From Mayamaea pseudoterrestris (taxonomy: Eukaryota): DNA of 64,000 nt. Both the position numbers and the translations under genes were made by a program. The stretch spans positions 1 to 64,000 of the forward strand of contig BROI01000037.1 of the NCBI GenBank assembly GCA_027923505.1. Direction: 5' to 3'. Below, piece by piece: positions 55,469 through 64,000 of this stretch (its first letter is position 1; every line of letters starts with the position of its first letter). The notes under the pieces were generated by a model. It made no database searches and was not told the origin of the DNA. It saw only the letters and a program-made list of their open reading frames with translations.

Positions 55469-56575
55469 CTAATCGCAACGGCATGTCCATATAACCAAAC
55501 AAAGGAGCATGAGCACGACTGTCACTGAGATTACAATTTTAACTTGTCGAGAAGTCTTCGGGCCCCCGTCAGCTTGTTCGCCGTCAGAATTAGTACCGTT
55601 GGATTGCTGCGTCCGAGGTCGTGATTGCTCCGCCTCTATAGTTTTGACGCTATGCAGCTCAATTGAACGTGAATTGTTCGCCAGCGCAGTGAGCTGCATC
55701 ATGTAGACAGCCGTCGTAGCTTCCTCCACAAAAGGCTTTCGAAAGAGCCATTCATTATCAGCAGCGTCGTCCATTTGCTGTGATTGCGGGTCAAAAACTG
55801 TGTATCGAATGGTCTGGTTGTATTCCAGCAATAACGGATACGACAAGATGGAATTACTTGCACTTATCAATCCCATTGCATTGTTATTCGCTTCTTGCGA
55901 TCGTCGCCTGTTATGTCCAAGCTTTTTATTCCACGACGCCAAATCAAAATGCTCCGTGACCCGAATCCGTGAGAGTAAATTTGTGTCAACTTGATCCACA
56001 TATACAATAGCATTTGTTTGTTGTCCGTTCCAAAAGTGAAGAACTTGATTCGACGTGAGTTGCTCCCATGCAAAGGCGTAGGTATCCACCAAAAGATTTG
56101 TACGAGTGTGTAGGAGCACCATTTGCATTGTTCGTGTCGTTGAGTAGTGTGCATCTCTCGTCGCGGCAGTGGAATCTTGCATCGAAGCATCCGTTTCCTT
56201 TGGCTGATAAATACTTCTTATTCCTCTGAACCTAGGACGATCTAGTACATCTGTGGTCCTTCTTTCCTTGGTGTATTTTCGTGAGTTTGTAGATTGTTGA
56301 AACGTGTCGGTCCTCGTCGATGACGACTCATCATGCGATGACAAGGAAGTGAATGTCGACACAACATCAGCCCCAACATGATCATACACAGCACTAGTCA
56401 CCTCTTCTCGTTTAAATTGATCGGAAGCGCTACTTTTGGGCATCAAGTCTCCTCGACAAGCCACGGATCGGATGGCCGTGAGAAACACGACGAAAAAATG
56501 TCGAATGACTTGAGGCGCCGTCGCTCCTCTCACTCGTTTTTTCCGTTTCGTGCACTCTGTCATCGTTACCCCCAT
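55469..56575 (-). CDS. Single-pass membrane protein, same RXL-associated family as 32691 and 46480
   Basis: Hydrophobic leader FFVVFLTAI; AWEQLTS...RRRSQE...LEYNQTIRY...LFRKPF.....YMMQL; C-terminal TM IVISVTVVLMLLCLVIW. Confidence 0.65.
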   Translation of the reverse strand: MGVTMTECTKRKKRVRGATAPQVIRHFFVVFLTAIRSVACRGDLMPKSSASDQFKREEVTSAVYDHVGADVVSTFTSLSSHDESSSTRTDTFQQSTNSRKYTKERRTTDVLDRPRFRGIRSIYQPKETDASMQDSTAATRDAHYSTTRTMQMVLLHTRTNLLVDTYAFAWEQLTSNQVLHFWNGQQTNAIVYVDQVDTNLLSRIRVTEHFDLASWNKKLGHNRRRSQEANNNAMGLISASNSILSYPLLLEYNQTIRYTVFDPQSQQMDDAADNEWLFRKPFVEEATTAVYMMQLTALANNSRSIELHSVKTIEAEQSRPRTQQSNGTNSDGEQADGGPKTSRQVKIVISVTVVLMLLCLVIWTCRCD

Positions 56576-56855
56576 TGCTGTGTTCCTTCATGCTTTCCGG
56601 GGAAATGCAAAAGGACGCTTTTGCGGCTGCTCGCACACGACGAACAAGTTGATTCTCATGGTGCTTGTTTTCGCGGTCACGCGGTCACACGTTCAAGAAC
56701 CCGAGAAGTCCCGCTACGACGCGTTGAAACGGCGCGGCGGTAGTTATTAATAAGTACCGGTACGACAAGCTGCAATTCTTCGTCTCCGCTCATTTTTCTT
56801 CGCCTTCGTGCCGACGATCATTCGTTGCCAATTGTGAGCAACAAACCTATTCAAC

Positions 56856-57535
56856 ATGTCGGATCCAGCGCAGCCAAGCTTTCTGACAGCCTTGGTGGCA
56901 GGTGGAATGGCGGGAACGAGCGTCGATGTCGCACTTTTTCCGATAGATACTGTCAAGGTCAGTCGCTCTAGCTGTGCTGGTTGGTGATACAGTCGGGCAA
57001 CGAACAATGAATATGCAGTCAAACAAACAAAGGTTAAGCTTTTTGTAATATTTCGCTTGCATGGAGATGCTATTGATGAGACAGCATGGTGGCTCCATAT
57101 TCCGTGTCAAATTTGAACACGATTCTGTGGCTGGGCATCTCATTCCTTCATCCATTTCGACTTGATATTACAGGTCCGCATACAAAGTCCGGAAGGCTTC
57201 ATCAAGGCTGGAGGCTTTCGGGGAATATACAATGGACTACCTGCAGCAGCCGCAGGATCGGCTCCATCTGCTGCTCTATTCTTTGCCACATATGAATTCG
57301 TCAAACCACTCATCCAGCAACGACTCGAGGAAAACAAGTTAAAGAGTAATAGTCGTAATCCACCATCTCCAGCTCTCTCGCACATGATTGCAGCCTCCTG
57401 CGGTGAAGTGGCCGCTTGCTTAGTGCGCGTCCCTACCGAAGTTGTCAAGGCCAAGATGCAAACGAGTCGAGTCAAGCTGGGCTTGGTGGAAACGATTCGC
57501 ATCGTGCTGAGCGAGCAACCAGCTGCAGCAGGCAC

Positions 57536-57570
<35 letters not shown>

Positions 57571-58090
57571 ATAGAATACTTTCGTCACTTCCAACCTTTA
57601 CTGGTGGCTTGTATCGAGGGTTTGGCATGACACTCTTTCGTGAAATACCTTTTGCGGTGCTGCAATTTCCAATGTACGAGCGATTCAAGCAAATCTGGAG
57701 TGATCGTCAAGCAGCAACGGTGAATCCTCTGCAGGCGGCAGCCTGTGGATCCTTGTCGGGAGCAATTGCGGGTGCAGTGACGACGCCCTTGGATGTATTG
57801 AAAACAAGAACACAGGTATGTGCAGGAATAAAGTTGTTGCGGTTGAGGAACATGGCTGCTCACACATCAACTCACCCACCCTTCTTCCTTTTGTACAGCT
57901 TGGCCGCGACAAGGATGGCATCCCTTATCAGGGCGTTCGCGACTGTTTCCGACGCACTATGGCACAAGAAGGGTCGTCGGCACTGTGGAGAGGCGTGCAA
58001 CCTCGCGTCATGTGGATTTCCATTGGAGGTTTTGTCTTTTTTGGAGCGTATGAAGCTTCCAAGAAAGCAGTTGGTCCTCTATTGACGTAG
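56856..58090 (+). CDS. SAMC: Mitochondrial S-adenosylmethionine carrier (SLC25A26/PET8-like)
   Basis: LVAGGMAGTSVDVALFPIDTVK|VRIQS..GF.KAGGFRGIYNGL...SAPSAALFF, GEVAACLVRVPTEVVK, LFREIPF..LQFPMYE, TTPLDVLKTR, PRVMWISIGGFVFFGAYE. Introns ~56958-57173 and 57816-57898. Confidence 0.92.
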
Positions 58091-58180
58091 AAGTCAAACG
58101 ACATACAGGCTACAGCTGCTAATGTATATAATGATATTAATTGTTTTTGGCAAGAGTACATTCCAAGCGATCTGCATGCG

Positions 58181-59469
58181 TTAAATGATTTCCATATTGA
58201 CGCCATCGTTGTCTCGGTACTGGCTATCAAGGTAATCCGTGTAAACTGGGTCTTCTAGGACGTAATCAGGCAAACAGCTGGATTCCTCCTCTAGCTCTTG
58301 CACTACACGATCGCGTTCCATGTCAAAGCTTGGACCAAACTCTACCAACGTTCTGTTGTAGTGCCTCCTTTGTTCATCGTGACTCATCACGGAAGGTTGG
58401 CTTGCTGTCGATGCTCTAACTGTCGAATCAATACTTGCTCCACCCCGACAGTGACCGCCTCGCTTCAGCATATGGCCGTGTTCGTCGCATACGTATGCCT
58501 TGTTTCGATCGGCCCGCCAGAAAACGTACAAGGAAAATAAGCTTGCCATCAGCACGACGACTGAAAAGAAGAGTCCCACCATTGCACCAGCCGAGACACT
58601 GTCATGTGTAGCTATCTCATTTGGTCCGGAAATAAGCTTCGTCATGTGGTCCACCACCTCAATTCGAACGGCTCCATACTTGGCAGCCATTTCAATCGCC
58701 AGAGGAAGTGCTGCGCGAACGGTATCTAGCACTATGTCCGACGTAGCTGCACCCATGTTACGCCCATATACGCGAATTTCGCTAGTGTAGTAGCCGCATG
58801 TGTTTTGCTCGTGCTTGGTAGGCTCGCATATTACTGTTGAAGAAGGTGTAGACATAGTCGGTCAGCTTATTAGTTCGTGCGTGTCTACTCTTGTTCTGCC
58901 ACATCTTACACAGCATACTACTTACGCAACGGCTCTAGAGCCCCTTCCGAAAACTTGAATCCAGTAACCTTATCGCTCACGCTGGATTGTGTGCTGCTGT
59001 CCATGCCACCAAAATAACTGATTTGTCGATCCATACTGTTTTCATCACCAATATCAATTCCAAGTGCTTCAGCAAGTCGCCGTTCCATTCCACAAATTGA
59101 CGAGAACGCGCGCGACAGAATTTGAGTCTCAACATACTGGTTGATTGCATCCAACACTTGATCAATATTTGCGAATAACGTAGACTCAAGCTCAAAGCCA
59201 TACTCCAGTACCATTGGAATTCCAGCCGTCGAACCAAAGTAGCCATTCTCCTGCGGTCGGCACATGGTCTCTGACATCAAGTGCGAATACTTGGTGACGA
59301 CTTCACCCTTTTTGATAGGCTTTGCTTTGGGTGGAAAATCATGTCGCTCTTTGAGCAGTGAATGCGGATCCTCCTCGCCATTGATAAACAATTGACGGTG
59401 CGCCGACGACGATGCGTGACAACTGACAACGACGACGGCAGCGGTCAGCAGAAGCAGCTTACTTCCCAT
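58181..59469 (-). CDS. Type I membrane protein of unknown function with RXL motifs
   Basis: Signal MGSKLLLLTAAVVVVSCHA; HRQL and ERRL; intron 58925-58834 joins the two ORFs in frame; TM AMVGLFFSVVVLMASLFSLYVFW. Confidence 0.72.
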
Positions 59470-59964
59470 GGTCATTTTTAATATCGAAACCTCTAGAAGC
59501 TATATGCTAATCAACATCAACCATGATTGCAGCGACTTCCTCGGTGCACACAAGTCTTGCTACAAGGTTGGACGAACGATTTCGCGTTTTGGCGAATCTA
59601 ACCCAAATTGTCGGCTCAGTCGTGTGAGCGTGACCAAAAACTTGGCCGGCCGGCGTTTCAGAGCGTCATAAGGTTCGGCAATTGACGTCAGCCACAAGCC
59701 TCAGCATCCAAAGTCGCTACGAATTGCGTTTCGACTGGCTAAAATTCGGCAAAATTCGCCTCAAAGCAACAATTACGTCACTCGTCACAACATGGCGTCC
59801 AGCCTTTACAGCTCCACCTCAGATTTTACCGCAAATTAGCAGAGAGCATGGAGGATCCATTCATCGCCAGAGCCACAAGAGGGACCTAACAGGCTGCAAA
59901 ATCCCCGCTTGAAGGCGACAGAAACGATTGGCGAGTCACCCTGCTACTTACTACCGGTAGTATC

Positions 59965-60384
59965 ATGTCGTTTCCTTCATCCGAGCAACTCTTAAAACCG
60001 CCATCTGGCGCTAGTGGTAGCAGCTCGGATCTCTTGTCCCGTGTGCGATCCTTTCTGCCGACTCTACAGGAGGCGAATGAGCAGCTTGCTTCGTCAGTGT
60101 CCTTGACAATTGATCCAGCTCTATTAGACGATAGCGACGACGAAAACTGTGAAGAAGATAGCAAAGGTCTAGAAGAGAGCACGTTAAAGCTGAAGCCAGA
60201 TGTTTTTGAAGAATTGGTGAGTAAAGACGCTGATGCTACAATCGCCACGATTCAGGATGTAGTCCAGGAAAATGAGATTATAGACGGAGAAACAGTAGGA
60301 AAAGACACTGCAATAAGTGAGCTCTTAAAAGTATCGCAGACGAGAAAACGACCCGGCGGGCCGCTTATTCAAGAGCTAGAATAG
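59965..60384 (+). CDS. NOPCHAP1/C12orf45 (DUF4598)-like small acidic protein
   Basis: SDLLSRVRSFLPTLQEANEQL resembles the family's LL.xV..FLP....ANE.L helix; acidic middle; PLIQEL C-terminus. Confidence 0.6.
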   Translation: MSFPSSEQLLKPPSGASGSSSDLLSRVRSFLPTLQEANEQLASSVSLTIDPALLDDSDDENCEEDSKGLEESTLKLKPDVFEELVSKDADATIATIQDVVQENEIIDGETVGKDTAISELLKVSQTRKRPGGPLIQELE

Positions 60385-60443
60385 ATGCGCTGATCGCTTC
60401 TTACTGTTATACATGAAAATCCTAAATTACATTGCTGCACCAA

Positions 60444-61988
60444 TTAATTTTCGTACTTGAACTCTTGCGGCGTCATCTCCCGAAGTAAAACAGCCACACT
60501 GGATGCTGGCACAATACCGAGCTCCGTGACAATTCCACTCACGAAAGATGCTGGAGTCAAGTCATACATCAAGTGCAGCTTTTTCACTGCCGAATCATTC
60601 GACGCCATATCCGCCCTATCGTCGCCATGTAGTTCAATATTCAGAGCATTTGGATCTCCCAGTTCATTGTGCGTAATTGATTCCAGATACAACTTGTTGG
60701 ATATCTTGTACGTTTCGCAACACACCAACACTGGAATGTGCTGCATGTGCGCCGCCAATGCCACGCAACCCGTTCCAACCTGGCCCAAGACGCTTCCGTC
60801 GCTCATTAGTGCGCTCGCACCCAATAACACCTTGGTAACGTCCTGCAAAACATAGGACAAGGCATTCACCAAAATGTACGTGCAAGGCATACCGGCTTGA
60901 ACAAGTTTTCGTAAAAGCTTCTTGCCACCATGATTGGGTCGACTGTCCACAATAATCACGCGAACAGAAAACTCATCGTCACCGCCTTGAAGAGCTTCTC
61001 GGCGTTGCGCAAGCCGCAAGAGAATCTTGGCGACGGCTTCGGAGTAACCAATGGTTAATATAACTTGCTCGCCTTGCTGTTTTGTTAACAGCGGCATGGC
61101 CACGTCGCAAATGGCAATGCCCGCAAACTCCATGCGCTCACGCTCATACTCGTGCAAATGCTGCAGCAAGACGTTTCGTTGCTCGTTCCAATCGCTGCTG
61201 CTAGAAGCCCCGGTGCGGTCGAGACTCGCCACAACGTGCTTGATCGAAGTGAAAGCGTTGCCCATGCTGACGGAGTGTGGTCGACAGTAGTGCGTCCAAA
61301 AGGAAAATGCAGGATTCAAAACGTCGTGCAATATAGCTTGGCGAACGTCAATGGTCTTGGTGCTGCCATTGGTAGACTGTAACTGATAATCATTAAGGAG
61401 TGTTCGAAAACAGTGCAGCATGGCGCGGCACCGAGCATTACCCCCGCGAATTTTTAACGTAGCATAGTCGAGTCCAAGTTGTAGTATGGCGGGATGCAAT
61501 GTTGCAGTGGTGCTTATCGACGACGTTGGGTTGCTACTTGACGCACTTGGTGACGCTGCTGATGCTGACGAGGCACCAGCAGTAAAGGACGCAGTCACAT
61601 GAGGTAGCACCTGCAGAGTCGGCCCAATGAGCCGAAAGACACTTGCCGGATCATGATACGGAGGTAAATGTGACACTAATGAGACGGAAGACGCGTGATG
61701 TTTGTCGGCATGAGTAGCAGACAATGGCGTAGTAGTCGTCGCTGCAGCTCCAGATATTTCGGCAGATTTGGCAGTAGACGAAATCGTCAGCTTTTCCAAC
61801 TTATTCTGGTTCGTTTCTAGTTCTTGCTGCGTAGTTCGTTTGGCGCCTCCTCGAGCAGCCTTGTCCGCCCGTTGCTGCTCCTGCATGGCTCGTCGTTCCG
61901 CCTTGGATAATTTGGGTTTGGGAGGAGGAATCACAACATTTGCAGGTTTTTCCTTCTTCTTTGCGGATTCTATCGATGATGATGACAT
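60444..61988 (-). CDS. EIF2B4: Translation initiation factor eIF2B delta subunit
   Basis: LSKAERRAMQEQQRA, LHPAILQLGL...IRGGNARCRAML, CRPHSVSMGNA, VIIVDSRP..GG, VTKVLLGA.AL..DG, VLVCCETYK, YDLTP....GIVTELG..PASSVAVLLRE. Confidence 0.93.
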   Translation of the reverse strand: MSSSSIESAKKKEKPANVVIPPPKPKLSKAERRAMQEQQRADKAARGGAKRTTQQELETNQNKLEKLTISSTAKSAEISGAAATTTTPLSATHADKHHASSVSLVSHLPPYHDPASVFRLIGPTLQVLPHVTASFTAGASSASAASPSASSSNPTSSISTTATLHPAILQLGLDYATLKIRGGNARCRAMLHCFRTLLNDYQLQSTNGSTKTIDVRQAILHDVLNPAFSFWTHYCRPHSVSMGNAFTSIKHVVASLDRTGASSSSDWNEQRNVLLQHLHEYERERMEFAGIAICDVAMPLLTKQQGEQVILTIGYSEAVAKILLRLAQRREALQGGDDEFSVRVIIVDSRPNHGGKKLLRKLVQAGMPCTYILVNALSYVLQDVTKVLLGASALMSDGSVLGQVGTGCVALAAHMQHIPVLVCCETYKISNKLYLESITHNELGDPNALNIELHGDDRADMASNDSAVKKLHLMYDLTPASFVSGIVTELGIVPASSVAVLLREMTPQEFKYEN

Positions 61989-62304
61989 GATTCAAGTATT
62001 GTGCGAGAAAAAGAGCGGAAGAAAAAGGCTTCAAATTAGGACAATGAGCGGCAAACGTTCGTCATGGTCAAGCTCGATGGATCTGTGGTCGCGTCCACGT
62101 TTGGATTTCTGTCGCTACGGTATTGGTCGGACATGCTCGCACCCGGACGTTTCGTAATGGACGGCTGCGAAAGGCTCATCCATGTTGCGCTCAGAACCTT
62201 TTTGTCTCTTTCGATCCGCGCTCATCTCATCATTGCCATTCCGCCATTCCTCGCCACAGTTGAGCAATAGCAACGTCTTTATCTTACAGTAATCTACTAA
62301 TATC

Positions 62305-64000
62305 ATGAATGGTCCAGGAGGCGGTCCTCCTATCATGGTGCTAAGTGAGTAGTTGTGACATCGGGGCGGACAAAGGTTGCGTGTCGCTCGCTGCGCGCAT
62401 TGCGAAAAGTTGCAATGATGGACAAGGCAATGTATATTCTTGCAGCAAAAAGCTGCCATTTCATGCGATATTTAAACTAGCGAGTAGCCGGAAATCGTCC
62501 AGTGCCTTTTCGTCCAACTAAATCTAAATCTCCCCTTTTTTCGTTACCTTTTGCATCGCACCACAGACACCAAGCAGCAGCGTCAGACAGGTCGAGCCGC
62601 ACAACTCGCCAACATTCAAGCAGCCCAAGCAGTCGCTGGAATCTTAAGAACAACTCTAGGTCCTCGCAGCATGCTCAAGATGCTTCTAGATCCCATGGGC
62701 TCCATCGTTTTGACCAATGACGGCCACTGCATTCTCCGCGAAGTGGATGTTTCCCATCCTGCCGCCAAGAGTATGATTGAATTGAGTAGAGCTCAGGATG
62801 AGCAAGTTGGCGATGGAACGACCAGTGTCATTGTCTTGGCTGCCGAAGTATTGGGCATGGCCGCTCCATTCATGCGCGAATCCATTCAAGGGACGCAGGG
62901 AAGCATGCATCCGACCGTTTTGGTGAGCGCCTACACCAAGGCTCTGGCCAAGGCGGTGGAAATATTGCAGGAACAAGCTGTTACTGTAGACGTTTACAAA
63001 GACACGGAGCTTATCAAGAGTATGGTGCAGTCGTCGCTGGGAACAAAATTTAGCAGTCGCTGGAATGATAAAATGGTTGAAATGGCCATTCAAGCTGTAT
63101 TGACGGTGATTCAGACGGATGATCGTCCTGCGTCTTCACTCGACATTACCGCCATTCCCAACATTGAGGTTGACATAAAGCGATACGCCAAGGTGGAGAA
63201 GATTCCTGGAGGCGAAATGGAAGATTGTACTGTGCTTAAGGGAGTCATGTTTCAAAAGGATGTTGTGCATAGCGAAATGCGTCGGCATATTGTCAATCCT
63301 CGCATTCTCCTATTGGATTGTCCGCTCGAGTACAAAAAGGGCGAGTCGCAGACAAATATTGAGATTACGGGTGATCAAGATTGGAACCACTTGCTCAAAC
63401 TAGAGGAGGACTATGTTGAAAACATGTGCAACGAGATTATCGCTGCCAAGCCAGACATTGTTATTACGGAAAAAGGTGTAAGTGACTTGGCGCAACACTT
63501 TTTGCAAAAGGCGGGTATCACAGCTTTTCGTCGGTTGCGCAAGACGGACAATAATCGCATTGCACGAGCCGTCGGAGCGACGATTGTTTCGAGGACGGAT
63601 GAAATTGTAGAGTCTGACATTGGTACCAATTGCGGCTTGTTTGAAATGAAGAAGATTGGCGAGGATTGGTTTGCCTATTTGGCTGAATGCGAGGATCCAA
63701 AGGCTTGTACAATTGTGCTGCGAGGAGGTTCCAAGGACGTTTTGAACGAAATGGAACGCAATCTGCAGGATGCCATGCAAGTCGTCCGAAATGTTGTTTA
63801 CAGCCCAAAGCTGGTGTGCGGCGGAGGCTCGATCGAAATGGCTGTTGCGCTTGGCCTCAAGAGAGAAGGCCAAAAGATCCAAGGTATTCAGTCTGCACCT
63901 TTCCAAGCCGTTGGCGAAGCCATGGAAGTCATTCCTCGTACGCTGGCGCAAAATTGCGGCGTGAGTGTCATTCGCACCATTACGCAGCTCAGGGCCAAGC
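62305..64000 (+). CDS. CCT3: T-complex protein 1 subunit gamma (CCT3), truncated by window end
   Basis: Exon 1 MNGPGGGPPIMVL, intron ~62345-62567, then RTTLGPRSMLKMLLDPMG.IVLTNDG, QDEQVGDGTTSV, IKRYAKVEKIPGG, LEYKKGESQTNIEI, LRGGSKDVLNEMERNLQDAM. Confidence 0.95.

Noticed and set aside
57537..57566. (AGC)n microsatellite
   Set aside because: Encodes a poly-Ser loop insertion in the SAM carrier; such tracts are common throughout this window.
62686..63951. Minus-strand ORFs of 135 and 183 aa
   Set aside because: Antisense to CCT3, whose real frame is missing from the ORF track because it runs off the window.

Overview
Eukaryotic nuclear DNA, almost certainly from a diatom (inference: short ~80-100 nt spliceosomal introns, bipartite signal + 'A/G-F' plastid presequences, many secreted/membrane proteins with RXL pro-peptide motifs, a cyclase-PDE fusion). 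It is gene-dense, with about 28 protein-coding loci and no rRNA, tRNA or CRISPR seen. Recognisable housekeeping genes: NBP35 (heavily frameshifted), PITH-domain protein, two RidA/YjgF paralogues, organellar MetRS, acyl-protein thioesterase, RPL29, Ca-activated apyrase, HECT E3 ligase, SAM carrier, NOPCHAP1-like protein, eIF2B-delta and CCT3 (runs off the end). The most interesting content: (i) a tandem pair of giant single-pass proteins built from a Cys-flanked EF-hand-like module (9 and 4 copies) that share a conserved cytosolic motif, one ending in ~11 S/G/Y/R/E repeats; (ii) three dispersed members of a second RXL-containing membrane family, one with a cytosolic PDZ domain; (iii) a BAF-like gene; (iv) an MBD protein; (v) a 5'-3' exonuclease preceded by an out-of-order Pol I thumb-like fragment; (vi) a plastid-targeted IsdG-like haem oxygenase; (vii) a sensor-cyclase-phosphodiesterase fusion; (viii) a truncated Ty3/gypsy remnant with a probable 3' LTR. 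The first ~5.6 kb is unusually indel-rich and may be unpolished assembly. All calls come from motif recognition by eye; no database searches were run.
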